DNA of 64,000 nucleotides from Alloascoidea hylecoeti (GCA_001600815.1 BCKZ01000001.1:1036613-1100612), one strand, 5' to 3'; counted from the first letter of the stretch, positions 31,964 through 44,258 are shown. Notes: a model not told the origin generated them from the letters alone. Numbers and translations: made by a program.

Positions 31964-33640
31964 CTAGAAAAAGAAATCGTAAACTTTCTTCCATTTTTCA
32001 TTTTGAATTGGAGCATGTTCAAGCGCTTCAGCTTCTTCTTCTCTATCTATAAAATCTTTGTCTGTTGTGATATCAGCTTCTAAATCACTTCTTGATTTTG
32101 TCTTCTTAATAAATTTATATCCAACATATATAACAATGAAGAATACGGGTGAGAAATAAGCAGTGAATAGATCAGAAACTGTAAATTTACCAGGGAAAAA
32201 GACCCAAAATCCATTAAAGAACAAAATTAAACACACCATAAGGAATCCAAAATATGAAGCCCATGGTTGAAGGTTATATGGTGTAATGTAATACATGCTT
32301 TCAAATCCAAAACCCTGTGCAACAATTGCTTTTCTGAATTTGAAATAGACTAAGAAAATAACAACATAAGTGCATAAAAATCCAGTCGTTGCAAGATTAA
32401 CAAACCAATTGAAGACTTTTGCTGTATTTTCTGAAATTGAAAGTAAAGATATTAAAGATGTGAGTGCAATTGCTGTAACGCAATAGATTGGAACACCATT
32501 TTTCAAACATTTATTGAAACACTTTGGAGCATAACCACATAGAGAGAGGGAATATAATGTTCTACTTGCTGTGTAAAGATATGCATTACCACAAGACCAC
32601 GAAGATGTCATAATAAGAGCATTTACAAGAGAATCAAGCCCCGTAACACCAACTGATCTAATGCCAATAACCCATGGCGATGCAGCAGCACCACTATTCC
32701 CACTTTCGTAAGCAGCAACAAGATCTTTATTATTAGCGGCACATAATGTGTTCATGAAAAATATACCACCGAGGTAAAACAAATATATTCTAATGTAGGA
32801 TTTCTTACCAGCGGATGGAATAGTTTTTCGTGGTCTGACAACTTCTCCTGCTATCATCATCAGTACATCTGGCCCAGTACAGGCAAAAGCAGCGTATATC
32901 ATGACACTCCAAAAAGCAAGGAATTTCCCTGTTGATCCATCAACGAGATACTCTCTAAATAATCCACCTTCAGACCAATTAGTAAAACCGTACCTGTCAT
33001 GGTTTGGATTTCCTCCTAACATTGAAATAAAGGAGAAAAACATCAAACCAACGATCAACAACACTTTGAACATTGATGATACAAATTCAGTTTCTCCGTA
33101 ATATTTAACGGCAAATATATTAAGTGCATATGAAACCAGCAAAGATACTGCAATGAATATACCCGAATTTGCATCAGTCCAAAAAGAGATAACACCAGCA
33201 GTTGCAACCCATTCTGTACAGACCAACATTGTAGCAGCATAGAGGTATATCCATCCAGCAGCAAATCCCAAAGCCGGATCAACAAATCTGTTTGCAAAAT
33301 GGAAAACTGAACCTTTAATAGGCAGCCATGAACACATTTCAGCAACAACCTGCATTAAAATCCACATAACGAATACAGCATAAAACACAAAAGCGATAAA
33401 TAAAGATAAGGACCCTGCCTTGTTTAAAGAACTTCCCACACCAATGAATAAACCAGTACCGATAGAACTACCAATGATGATCAACGATACATGTCTTGGA
33501 GTAAGACCTCTTTTTGTTCCCTGCTCTATTTCTTCCTCAAGAAGGACACCTTCTTCAACGATAGTGTGATTCTCTCCTATAGTTGGACCCTTTTCCATAG
33601 TACTTTGATCAGTTCCTGATGTTGTTGAACCCAAAGTCAT
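31964..33640 (-). CDS. Amino-acid permease (YAT/APC family; Put4/Agp2-like)
   Basis: TKRGLTPRHVSLIIIGSSIGTGLF, RFVDPALGFAAGW and YGETEF motifs, with about 12 transmembrane segments. Confidence 0.92.
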   Translation of the reverse strand: MTLGSTTSGTDQSTMEKGPTIGENHTIVEEGVLLEEEIEQGTKRGLTPRHVSLIIIGSSIGTGLFIGVGSSLNKAGSLSLFIAFVFYAVFVMWILMQVVAEMCSWLPIKGSVFHFANRFVDPALGFAAGWIYLYAATMLVCTEWVATAGVISFWTDANSGIFIAVSLLVSYALNIFAVKYYGETEFVSSMFKVLLIVGLMFFSFISMLGGNPNHDRYGFTNWSEGGLFREYLVDGSTGKFLAFWSVMIYAAFACTGPDVLMMIAGEVVRPRKTIPSAGKKSYIRIYLFYLGGIFFMNTLCAANNKDLVAAYESGNSGAAASPWVIGIRSVGVTGLDSLVNALIMTSSWSCGNAYLYTASRTLYSLSLCGYAPKCFNKCLKNGVPIYCVTAIALTSLISLLSISENTAKVFNWFVNLATTGFLCTYVVIFLVYFKFRKAIVAQGFGFESMYYITPYNLQPWASYFGFLMVCLILFFNGFWVFFPGKFTVSDLFTAYFSPVFFIVIYVGYKFIKKTKSRSDLEADITTDKDFIDREEEAEALEHAPIQNEKWKKVYDFFF

Positions 33641-33704
33641 GTTGGATAATATTTAGCGATGTATGTTTCAATAGTAGCAATCACAAATGAATTAAAGGTC
33701 GTAT

Positions 33705-34280
33705 CTTAAGTATTTATACTTCTTCGTATTATAGAATACTGTCACTAGATTAGGTATTAATTAAAAGGGTCTGTGCAGGGCAAATCTCAATACATTATCT
33801 AAAAAGGGTTTGAACCCTGAAATAATATTCTGTACAGGCGAGCAATAATTGTACGTCTTCCAAAAAATATTGTCCACTTTGCGGATATTATCAGTTTTAA
33901 TGATACACAACTATTACACATATTCAATTATTCACTGCATTTGAAAATAACCGAAGCATTTTATAATAACCGAAGCGTTTCATATTTCTTTATGTGCGAC
34001 AGACCCCGACAGTGCGAAGCTTAAGTATCTAGTATTATAATATAGATATTACAGAATACTATCATTAGGCATCAATTCAAAGGGTCCGTGCAGGGTAAAT
34101 CTCAATGCATTATCTGAAAAGGGTTTGAACCCTGAGATGATATTCTGTGGAGGCGAGTAATAATTAATGTTGTAAGTTATCCAAAAATAAAATGCCCACT
34201 TTTCGGCTATTATCAGTTTTAATTATACACGCATTCATTTCACTGTATTTGAAATTAAGCGAAGTATTTGATAATATCCA
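33705..34280. repeat. Diverged tandem duplication (period ~315 bp) of the permease upstream region
   Basis: 33705..~33970 aligns with 34020..~34280. Both copies keep the palindrome AGGGTTTGAACCCT (33805-33818 and 34120-34133) and TTATC sites. Confidence 0.88.
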
Positions 34281-35974
34281 AATAACATAGAAGTGAAGAA
34301 AACTCTATTTTTTGAGTCTCTTTCAAACTATTAGGACCCCATGGATCATTGATAATCTGATTGAGTTCAGTATATTGTCAGATGTTTATTTGATTAAGAG
34401 CGGTAACACTAAATACTATACTTAGAATATCATTTTATGGAGACTAATAGAATCTTCTCAAGTATCTACAGAACATGCACTCCTTTAAGAACAGTTTAAG
34501 GCCTTCTAGAGTATTCAGTAGTTAGCCTTTTAGAGTTGTGTCTGGAAAAAAAGCTTAAAAATTTAGATCTGTGAGATCTGTCAATTTATCTGCAGCTTTC
34601 TCAATGCGAACCTATACAGATCTAACTACATAATCATCCCATGGCAATGCCATCATATGTTTTATATACATATACGCGTATATGGCCGCCGTTGTAGCTT
34701 ACAGTTCAGATGTGTATCTTAACCCTATTAGATGATTTCATTTTGTATATTTGTACGATAACATCGATACATAATAAGTGACTTTACTGTATTTCTAATA
34801 ATAATGTTAGCCCTTTTCCTACTACCAGAACTGGTCCGAAAGGACATAATTTATTATATAATATTCATCTTGTTCTTCAAAACTAGGCCTATAATTATGT
34901 AGCTAGCTGACATAAATTTCTCAAGTACAACTATATAGAAGAGAATGCTTATATAAATACAAGTATTGAGAACAGCCATTGAATAATTACAAGAGGGGAA
35001 GAGGCATAATAATATTAGATATTGTTGAGCGGCATTCCTTACAATTATCAAAAGGATGTGATGCCCAAGCATGATTGCGAGCGTTTAAATTTGAAAGTAA
35101 AGTGTTAACTAGAGATAGATATTACGACGTCTAAATATTTTGTATTCTGTTATCTTGCAACCTTAAGCTGCAATATCAAGCATGGATCAAAAAGGTGTAT
35201 CCACATCCAAATGTTTTCTAAGGAACATCTGATACTATTTACAAAAGTATGATTTCTTGCAAAGGATTTTTTCTACCCAATGAAACGAAACCTCTCAATA
35301 TAGGTGTGTGTGTGTGTGAGACGTTTATTCCTTCACATGACTATATATGATTGTTTGCAACAGTTACTTTCCTAAAGTAGGAGTGTGGAGTTGTTCCTTT
35401 TCCAGTGAAACTTCTGGATCTTTCAAAGTATCTCTGTACTTTTCAACTCTTAATGACACATCCAGAACTCTATCAAACTTAAGCTTGGTACTAATTCTGA
35501 TATCACCTTTGAATCATACCATACAGTGTATATGTCTATCAGATGTGTCATATGTTTAAATTATGGTTGTGAAATAATAAATTTAAATATAAAGCGGTAT
35601 ATTCGGTGGATTACAACGTTATTTCACTCTGAAAAGCAAACGATTTATAGACAGGAAATCTTGATTGAATAAATACTACCAAACAAAATAGAAATTACAT
35701 TGCCTAACCTCTCTATGTATTATTGGAATGTATCATTGAAGACATTCTATTAATCACCTCCTTTTGCAATGACAACTTATTTTAGTCGCTTTGGCATGGA
35801 TACAATGAGTTAATCAAAGAAATTTTGATCCAGCTGATCCCATAACTCTGGCATTTCTGGCAGACGAATCTTGACTTCTTGGCACCACCTTTTAGCTCTG
35901 TAGCTAACTCTGAAAGCTTGTGGCGCACATTTTTCAATGGAAATTAGGTCTTGGGCCGATTCCAAAAAAATTAT

Positions 35975-36162
35975 TTGGTAGCTGATTTCATTTAATAAAT
36001 TACGGACATTAACTCCGTTTTTGGCTATACCAGGAGATTATATTTCCATTAAGACACACAATTGAACCTGATTGACCATATCCATATCTCACCACCAGAA
36101 TCGGAATCCGAGACCACAATTGGTTTTAATTCACTGGGAATCCCATAATAAATTTTAGCTTC
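35975..36162 (-). mobile_element. Decayed Ty1/copia RT-RNase H fragment
   Basis: EAKIYYGIPSELKPIVVSDSDSGGE, then a frameshift, then YGQSGSIVCLNGNIISWYSQKRS*, then RNLLNEISY. This matches the copia SDSDwaG..S.SG.v..l.G..ISW.SkkQ...LR.LL.ElG series, with the EAEY segment apparently deleted. Confidence 0.75.
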
Positions 36163-37522
36163 CTAGGAATCAATATTTTGCTTATCAATTCTGGTGGTGA
36201 CGAAAAAGATAGACACAACCAATCCGGTTCACCTGTGTATCTTAATGCAAATATATGCCCTAATCTCCTGGTGAAGCTAAAAACAGTAATGTATTGTATT
36301 GTCAAGTACTGAAGGTAAATATGTGGTTATCAGAATCAGTGAAAAACGGAGCTCGAATGAAATGAATTATCAAATCAATTTTTTAGAATGGGTTGGTGAT
36401 AATCAAAGTGCTTTAAATTGAAGATACTGATGAATTTTCGAATTTGGTCCAATCTGAAGAAACAGACGAATAAGTATATAAAATGGAACATGACAACAAC
36501 AAGGATTTTGTGATGGACACTGGTGTATAACCTTCGAATTCACAGTAACTTTCATCTTCTGTATTGACTCTCAATTCCTTTTGAGATTTCGGAGATGACA
36601 CAGTAACTGGGGTTTTAATGATATTTTTATGTCTTAGCGTCGAAGTTTCCTTTTTTTTTTTACAAGCATTAGACTTAACAATCGTTCACATTTTTTACAA
36701 AACAATATAAAAATAAAAATGTCATGCTTATCTAAAAAAGATACTAATACTACTAAAGAAGAAGAAAGAGCAGTAGATAATCTCGTAATTGTACAAGAAA
36801 GCTGCTAGTTCTAGTGCCCACCCGGTTGAATCGACTACCAATCCACCACCAGGTACCCGATGATGCCAATAAACAAAAGGTTGTAAATTACAAATGGAAG
36901 ACAACCATTTAAGAAAAAGAATGATAAAAATATATAACATAAAACAAATGGACGACCACCATTAAAATAAAAGTCAATACTGCAGAAACCTCAAGTGGAC
37001 TGATACCTGTTGCAGCTAGCTGTTTTCATTTATATTTTAAAATGTACACATATAAGCTTTATAACTTATTTTTTGATTATGAAAATAGATCAAATGTATT
37101 ATTCTATTTTTAACTTAGAAGACCTTTTTTTTGATTAATATTGAGCTTTGCCTTTCCTAAACTTTCTGTGTTGGGATGATATTTAACTATACTTATGAGT
37201 TTATATTACTCTCAATATAACAAACGCTATTTTGAGAAATAATTAAGCTATACCTTACCTGTAAAGACTCACATTTTCAGCTTCAAACAAACTAAGTAAT
37301 GAATTGTATTAAATTGGAAAGTGGGGTTGATAATTATAAGTTGTATTTACAATAGGTAGATCAACTTATAATTGAATGAAATATAACTACAAATTATGAT
37401 CATAACGTCTTTTACCAAGTGGACCAAAAACAACAACTTAACATTAAAGCAAACTGGTTCAATCATGCCTCTATAATTATATATATATATATATATATGT
37501 CTATTAGTATAAACAGTTTAAA

Positions 37523-38542
37523 TTAATTTATCAAACTCATCACCAATTCAAATGTTATGAAATTTGTAGCCATTGCAGGAATGACTTTCATTAGATTAAC
37601 AGTTAATCCTTTATAAGCACCAAAAAACCCTTCTTGTATAAACATAGCTTTTAAAGCTTGACCAGTAGAAGTATAATGGAAACCAAGATCACCAAGACCT
37701 TCTTTTGTAGCGGCTCTCATATTGATAACTTGGAATCGACGTCGAAGTACATCTAATGGATATATTATGACTTGTCCAACAGCTCCACTAACAGCTCCAC
37801 TAAATAATTTCCATAAACTTGATGGTTCAGATCCATTTTTGCAGCCGAATTCACGCATCTTTTCATAAACTGCAAAATTTATGGCAACATATGGAGCAAC
37901 ACCCCAAGTTGTTGGAACAATTCCTCTAAAAAGGGCAAATAGACCACCTTCAGTTTTATAAATTTTTTTCATAACGGGCCACATTCCTGGTGGATTTTGT
38001 AAACTTCTTCCTTCAGCTCTAGCCAGTGCTTGTAATGAGGCTGTTTGAATTGATAATCTTGTTCGAACGAGATCCAATGGATAAGTAGCAAAAACACTCG
38101 CAGCACCACCAGCCGCACCAGCTATTAACCTCCTCGTAGTATCAAATTTACCATCGTATTTAATCATCGATCTTTTACACCAGTTATAACAGGAGAATTG
38201 GACCGCACTATATGGAACCATTCGTAAACAGTTCAAACCATTACCTCTAAACATACCCTTCCATCCTTCTTCACGCCATATCCTTGTTAACGCTGGATAT
38301 ATTCTAGAATAAGATTCTTGTCCAGGGGCTTGTACTTGAAATATGATTTTTATCCGCTCAAATGGTGACACAACGGTTCTCGATACTGCTCCCGCTACCC
38401 CACCAGCAATAAAAGAAGATACTCCCGGACTTTGAATTAAGGTTTGTGCTTGCCTCACAAATCCGGGGTGATCATGACGCTTTTGAATGGTGAGAGCACT
38501 TGATTCTGGATTTGTATATGATGGTTTGATATCGTTTGACAT
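37523..38542 (-). CDS. Mitochondrial carrier (SLC25), YPR011C/SLC25A42-like nucleotide carrier
   Basis: Three PX[DE]XX[KR] signatures (PFERIK, PLDLVR, PLDVLR), plus AGAVSRTVVSP and FRGNGLNCLR. Confidence 0.92.
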   Translation of the reverse strand: MSNDIKPSYTNPESSALTIQKRHDHPGFVRQAQTLIQSPGVSSFIAGGVAGAVSRTVVSPFERIKIIFQVQAPGQESYSRIYPALTRIWREEGWKGMFRGNGLNCLRMVPYSAVQFSCYNWCKRSMIKYDGKFDTTRRLIAGAAGGAASVFATYPLDLVRTRLSIQTASLQALARAEGRSLQNPPGMWPVMKKIYKTEGGLFALFRGIVPTTWGVAPYVAINFAVYEKMREFGCKNGSEPSSLWKLFSGAVSGAVGQVIIYPLDVLRRRFQVINMRAATKEGLGDLGFHYTSTGQALKAMFIQEGFFGAYKGLTVNLMKVIPAMATNFITFELVMSLIN

Positions 38543-38979
38543 TATCTGTGACCTTTGATCAAGAGAGAAGAAGAGAAGGTGTGCTCTGTATAATTATAAA
38601 TATTTGAGGATTTGAATATTATTAGATGAAAAATAGAAAAGATGTGCGCACGTGAATGTTATATTACTGGAGAACGTTTGATCCACATCCGACTATAATG
38701 ACAACAATGAATGAGTTTTTTCGAAGCTCAAAGCAAAGGGAGAAAAATGGAAAGAAAAGTGTTTCTCCTATAGGCTATATAACAAGATATTTCAACGACC
38801 GAGGCATTTAGAAAGAGGAGTAAATAATATTTACAATAAGCCAAAAACAGATTGAAACCCGATTGTCCGGGGTAAACCAAAAAACACAGAATGCTACAGT
38901 GCATTAATATTTACGATCGACAATAATGACATCAAGAAAAATATAAAAAACAGTCCAAATATCTATCAACTTTTATTTA

Positions 38980-40242
38980 TTAAAGGCTCGCTGTGTCATT
39001 ACTAATATTGTCCACTTCTACACGACGTTCACTTGTGTCGTTTCGTGGAGCATCCTCCAATACATCAGGTTGTTCATGCTCAACTTCTTGATTATCATGT
39101 TGGGTAGCGGCACTTGATGCTTCAGTTTTATCCGCTTGTAGCGGGTTTTCAGTTTCATTTTCCTTTTCATTTTCCTTTTTTTCTTTTGTTGTTTCTGATT
39201 TTTCAGCCTCAGTTGGGAATTCTTCACCAGTTACTTGTAAAGGAGCTGGCTTTTCAACAGACGTAGGTACAGTAGGAGATTCATTTTTTTCAGCATCTGC
39301 CGTACTTTGTTCTGCAACATTTGTTTCCTCTGGCGGTTCTTCAACTTCAATTGTTGGTTGAGATTGCATTGGTGATTTGGGAGGTTTAATCGCTTCCCTT
39401 GATGCTCTTCTACTAGCTTCTCGTGATTGTCTAACCAATTTAGCATAATTTTGGAATTGAGCACTATTAGAACCTAAATAAAAAGCTCTTACACCAACAA
39501 TTCTTCGTTCAGCTTCACATGCTTTTAACCATTCTGGTCTAACAATAGGGATATTTGTTTTAATAGCTTTATTCCATTCTGTACCATTTCCAACAGTACA
39601 TACAAAATGCGTCGTATCAACTTTAACAGAAGTTTGTAATGGTTTAGCACCCATATTTCGAAGTGTTTCTTCAATTTCTTCTTTTGTAAAACCATCTTCT
39701 TCAATTGGTCCTAAACATACAGTAATTCCACTTAAATCTGTCATTTTATGAGTATGCACCGTCACTTTTTCAGAACTGAAACTTCCAGCAGTAGTATCTA
39801 ATTTTAAAGAAAAAGTAAATTGTGTATCAATAGGTAAACCAGATAATTTTGTAGTGGTGTTTAAAGTTGGATTTGGAATTTGACCTAATCTTACACCATT
39901 TTTATAAAGAGTTAAAGATATAATATCAGCAGTTTTTAAATCCAATGGATCCCATTCTAAAACACAACTTGTTTGAGTAATATTTCTAATTTTTAAATTT
40001 GGTGGATTTGGAGGATAAGTACCAAAAGTTGTTAATATTTCGCCTTGAATCTTTTCAAATTGTTCAAATTCTTTTTTTTCTAAATCTTTATTTTGTTCAC
40101 AACGAATAGTTACATTTGAACCTGCTTCAATTCCATTTGGTAATAAAATGGTTGGAAACTCTATTAGATGATGATCTTTTGTTAATAATAAAGCAAGAGA
40201 AGCATCTAACTTCCCAACTGTTAAGGAAACCTCTACCACCAT
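38980..40242 (-). CDS. CHS5: Exomer subunit Chs5 (FN3 + BRCT domains, acidic tail)
   Basis: N-terminus [35 protein letters not shown], plus [13 protein letters not shown] and [13 protein letters not shown]. Confidence 0.95.
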   Translation of the reverse strand: MVVEVSLTVGKLDASLALLLTKDHHLIEFPTILLPNGIEAGSNVTIRCEQNKDLEKKEFEQFEKIQGEILTTFGTYPPNPPNLKIRNITQTSCVLEWDPLDLKTADIISLTLYKNGVRLGQIPNPTLNTTTKLSGLPIDTQFTFSLKLDTTAGSFSSEKVTVHTHKMTDLSGITVCLGPIEEDGFTKEEIEETLRNMGAKPLQTSVKVDTTHFVCTVGNGTEWNKAIKTNIPIVRPEWLKACEAERRIVGVRAFYLGSNSAQFQNYAKLVRQSREASRRASREAIKPPKSPMQSQPTIEVEEPPEETNVAEQSTADAEKNESPTVPTSVEKPAPLQVTGEEFPTEAEKSETTKEKKENEKENETENPLQADKTEASSAATQHDNQEVEHEQPDVLEDAPRNDTSERRVEVDNISNDTASL

Positions 40243-40409
40243 GATAAGGAGTTAAGTGTCAAAAATCAACCTGCAGCTTCTGTAAACGTAAGTTTATTGG
40301 TGGAAAGGCCGGGTAATTCCCCTATTTTTAACACAAAGTTAAATTTAAATTCTGAAATGAAACTGAAATACGCGAAATATTAATATTAATCATATGCCAT
40401 ATTTCTATT

Positions 40410-40488
40410 TATAACAAATAAAAACAAAAAGGAAGACAAAAAGGAAGACAAAAAGGAAGACAAAGACAAAGACAAAGGCAAAAACAAA

Positions 40489-40519
<31 letters not shown>

Positions 40520-40632
40520 TAAAAAACAAAATAAAAAACAAAATAAAAAACAAAATAAAAAACAAAATAAAAAACAAAATAAAAATAAAAATAAAAATAA
40601 AAATAAAAATAAAAATAAAAATAAAAATAAAG
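40410..40632. repeat. Non-coding low-complexity tandem arrays (AAAAGGAAGACA, AAAAAT, AAAAAACAAAAT)
   Basis: Directly visible 6- and 12-bp units. The overlapping F/Y/L-rich ORFs are artefacts of the repeat. Confidence 0.9.
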
Positions 40633-40914
40633 GTAGAAATGAAATGAAATCAAACGACGTAAAGTAGAAATTTATATTAACGCCAAGTATACCATCAAAC
40701 ATGACAACATGTTTGATATATAAAACACCACAACAATTAACATATATAAGTTAATTATTAATATTGATGTTGAAATGCTAACCATAGAACACCATTAACG
40801 AAACTAGGATTATGAAAGAAGTTACCAATTAAAAAAGAATGATGATGTAATTATGAAAAATATGAAACAAACTAATAAAATTATTTAAATTAATTTAAAT
40901 TTAAAGGAATGTTA

Positions 40915-41042
40915 AGAAAGAATGAATAAAGTATAAATAAAGAATGAATAGAGAATGAATAAAGAATGAATAAAGAATGAATAAAGAATGAATAAAGAAT
41001 GAATAAAGAATGGATAAAGAATGAATAAACTGAATAAAGAAT
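40915..41042. repeat. 11-bp tandem repeat (AAAGAATGAAT)n
   Basis: About 10 imperfect units. Confidence 0.88.
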
Positions 41043-41176
41043 GCTGGATATTTTTTGATAATTGTAGAATAAAGTCATTAAATCGTTAGTTTTTTTTCTT
41101 CATTAATAAGATGTAAAATGTAAAATGTAAAATGTAAAATAAAAATAAATAAATTATTGAATGGATAAATTAATAA

Positions 41177-42124
41177 TTATGGACAAACCTCAGTTTCAAT
41201 CCATTCATTAATATCAATTCTTTGACTAATTATAGCTTGTCCAGCACCATTCATTGCTTCATAATCAATATAATTAACTTTATCAACAAATAACAAAATT
41301 AAAGCAAAATTTTTAAGACCATCATCTTCATTATTACCATCAACATTTCTTGATAAGGAATCTAAATAATTTATATTATCATTTGTTAATAAAGTACTTG
41401 TTAAAGGTTTTCTATAATAAGATTTCGAATTTGAAGATAATTTATACCAATGTCTATTAATTTCATTTAACCATTCATTTTTTGAAGGAGGTGGTATTTT
41501 ATTCATATCTAATTCTAAATCATAATTGTTAAAATAGTTGTAGTTTGAAGTTAAAGAAGGAGAATATAATCGATAATAATCATAATCATTTGGATTTGAA
41601 GTATTTGAAGAAGCGGAAGAAAGTGAAGGAGATAGAGCAGCATCTAAATTATCAGAATAACAACTAATTTCACTTGTAGAACTTGAATATAACAATTTTT
41701 TATCATTTTGTTGTGTTGTTGATTGTGATTGTTGTTCAATTATTGTAGTTGGTTCTAATTCAGTTGAATATCTTGTTTGAATTATACCAATATCATTTGG
41801 AGAATTTTTTGAATTTAAAAAATCATAATCAATAATTTTAGTAAAACCAGAAATTCTAAATTGTTTTTTTGAATTTTTAAAATTAAAACATGCTTCATAT
41901 TTATTATTTAATTTTAATTGATTTATTTTATCCGATCTTTTATCAGAATAAAAAGTTAAAACATTTGTTGAAGGATCATTAAAAACAAAATCTCTAAATA
42001 TACAAGTTCTAACTTTTGGAAATCCATCAGGGGATATAGTTGCTAAAGAAAAAGAAATTTTATCATTGTGTTCGTCAGCGATGGCGTTGATGAGTTGAGG
42101 TACCCAAGTTCCCATGAAAGTCAT
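41177..42124 (-). CDS. Pyridoxamine 5'-phosphate oxidase-like FMN-binding protein (YGR017W-like)
   Basis: FSLATI..GFPKVRTCIFR, F.SDKRSDK, QFRISG and terminal W.ETEVCP. Confidence 0.85.
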   Translation of the reverse strand: MTFMGTWVPQLINAIADEHNDKISFSLATISPDGFPKVRTCIFRDFVFNDPSTNVLTFYSDKRSDKINQLKLNNKYEACFNFKNSKKQFRISGFTKIIDYDFLNSKNSPNDIGIIQTRYSTELEPTTIIEQQSQSTTQQNDKKLLYSSSTSEISCYSDNLDAALSPSLSSASSNTSNPNDYDYYRLYSPSLTSNYNYFNNYDLELDMNKIPPPSKNEWLNEINRHWYKLSSNSKSYYRKPLTSTLLTNDNINYLDSLSRNVDGNNEDDGLKNFALILLFVDKVNYIDYEAMNGAGQAIISQRIDINEWIETEVCP

Positions 42125-42431
42125 TTTTTGAAAGGTTTGAAAGGTTTGAAAGTTATAGAGTATTCAAGAAAAAAGGGAGGTGTGGAGAAGAGCATCAAAC
42201 CTCCCTGGATGGCGTTCGATGTCAAGTAATGAAGATAGAAAGTCAAAGTGCCGGTGGGGAACAAAGAGAAAAAAGAGAAAAAAGAAAATTTAAGAGGGAA
42301 AAAAAGGGAAAAGTAAGGAGTTTTGTTTGTAACAAAAATCGTATAATAATAATAATAATCGAGTAAATATAATTCCTTATCTGCTGATGTCGTGTGAAAC
42401 TCACATTTTACTGCAATTCACCAAATAATAA

Positions 42432-42965
42432 ATGTCCATCCCACAAAAATCAACTCAACCTTCAATAGAAAACCTCCTTTCTTCCACGTGCGCCTCCACC
42501 AACACAGGTAAATTCCCTACAAATGATCACAAATTTCAACATCTATTTATACAGTCCGCTCCATTATCAGCGGCGATAACTCCGCCTGACAGGCCGTATT
42601 CTTGCACGGTCACAGCCTGTAAATGGTCTTTTGCACGCAGGTCAGACCTTAAAAGACACCTACGATCTCATAAAGAGCCAGGTTTTAAATGCCCTTTTTA
42701 TAAAAATGACCCTACTTGTCACCGAAATGGTGGTGCTTTTAACCGATCCGATGTTCTTAATCGTCATTTGAAGCTTGTTCATTTTATTCCAATCCACGCA
42801 AGTTGCCGATCTCGTTCTAGACGCAAACCCACCCAAAAACGTCAATTGGAACGTTTAGAAGATGGTGGTTGGTGTAGAGTTTGTCAATTGTTTTGCCATT
42901 CTGCCAACCAGTTTGTCGATCATTGTCAACAATGTGCAGATAACAATTACAATAGCAATCAATAA
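42432..42965 (+). CDS. Small C2H2 zinc-finger protein
   Basis: Fingers CTVTACKWSFARRSDLKRHLRSH and CP..CHRNGGAFNRSDVLNRHLKLVH, and a third C2HC-like finger CRVC...HCQQC. Confidence 0.88.
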   Translation: MSIPQKSTQPSIENLLSSTCASTNTGKFPTNDHKFQHLFIQSAPLSAAITPPDRPYSCTVTACKWSFARRSDLKRHLRSHKEPGFKCPFYKNDPTCHRNGGAFNRSDVLNRHLKLVHFIPIHASCRSRSRRKPTQKRQLERLEDGGWCRVCQLFCHSANQFVDHCQQCADNNYNSNQ

Positions 42966-43103
42966 TAATAGATCTCTAGGTGTTAAAGTTCATTGTCTCC
43001 GGGTAATGTTTCTCCTTTTATAACCAAATGTGTACTTCCCACTTCCATTATCTACCCATTATCTGCTTTAACTATTTGTAATTATACATTGGAAATTCAT
43101 ACA

Positions 43104-44258
43104 ATGGAAATCCATACAATGGAATGGAATGGTGCAATATGGGATGAACAAGATAATAATCGAGATGTCAAAAGAAGAAGGAAAAACGGTCCATATAATA
43201 ATAATGCAACAAGCGTTACATTTGAACAATTGCCAATAGAATTATTACAAACGATATTTATAAAATCAAGGAATTTTGAATTACCATTAGTTTCTAAAAG
43301 AATGTATAATGCATTAGGTTATCATTTAAGTCTTGGTAAAAAAATGTTTGAAAATCAAGTATTATACTTACCCATGTTACCATATGATATAAATAGAATA
43401 ATAACAAGACCATTAAGAGGTAGATTATTAACAAATCAGTTTATTGAAGTTGAAGAACAAACATTAGTTAAATCAGATGAATTAATTAAGAAAGAAGATA
43501 TTTTAAAAAAAAATGCAAAAATTCAAAAATATGCAACAAGAGTTGTTGAAGTTATGGATATAACAATTTTGAATAGAAGATTTATAACAAAAGAATTATT
43601 AGAATTATCAAGTTTTAATAAAGATAAAAAATTAAGATTTCTAACAATCGAAGAAATTAAAAAAGAAAAACAAATGAGAAGGTATTTTTGGAAATTAAGA
43701 AAAACAATGATCAAAAAGAACTGTAATAATAAATCATCAAATGATGATCAATCAAATACAATAATTGGTGAGAATATTAATGTTTTTGGTATGGAAATAA
43801 GATTTGAAGATTTAAATGAAAATAAGATTCAGGAAATTTTTAAAAAACATTATATTTACTCTAAATTCCCATTGAAATTTTCAAATGCACCTTTTACAGA
43901 TAAGAAACTAAAATTAATTAAAAACTTATGGAAATATAATTTACATTTTGAAGATTTAAGTTTGACTATTGTTAAATTAATTGAAGAAGAAAGAAGAAAT
44001 ATATGTTCCGGATTAACAAAAGCCAACAGCCAAGGAATCTCATCTCGAATTCATTCCCTTCTAGGATTAGAAGATGATACGAACCCTGCAATTTCCGATG
44101 ACATTCCACTGGGAGATATTAATGAGTACCACCGACGAGTGATGCAGAACACGAATGCGGCTATCGCAGCGATTCAGCTGGTGAAACAGTTGAAGGTGAA
44201 CATCTTGGAGGTTTGTTTCATGCTGTTTGCGTTCTACGACATTGGAGGAGCAGAGTAG
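43104..44258 (+). CDS. Hypothetical protein with N-terminal F-box-like motif
   Basis: Long ORF with ATG at 43104 or 43119. FEQLPIELLQTIF...ELPLVSKRMY resembles an F-box, and there is a KRRRK NLS-like motif. Confidence 0.6.
   Translation: MEIHTMEWNGAIWDEQDNNRDVKRRRKNGPYNNNATSVTFEQLPIELLQTIFIKSRNFELPLVSKRMYNALGYHLSLGKKMFENQVLYLPMLPYDINRIITRPLRGRLLTNQFIEVEEQTLVKSDELIKKEDILKKNAKIQKYATRVVEVMDITILNRRFITKELLELSSFNKDKKLRFLTIEEIKKEKQMRRYFWKLRKTMIKKNCNNKSSNDDQSNTIIGENINVFGMEIRFEDLNENKIQEIFKKHYIYSKFPLKFSNAPFTDKKLKLIKNLWKYNLHFEDLSLTIVKLIEEERRNICSGLTKANSQGISSRIHSLLGLEDDTNPAISDDIPLGDINEYHRRVMQNTNAAIAAIQLVKQLKVNILEVCFMLFAFYDIGGAE

Noticed and set aside
36728..36940. 70-aa hydrophobic ORF
   Set aside because: No recognisable family, and it lies beside TE debris.
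40386..41078. F/Y/L-rich ORFs and regular repeats that might suggest a CRISPR-like array or membrane peptides
   Set aside because: Simple micro- and minisatellites with no unique spacers, in a eukaryotic context.
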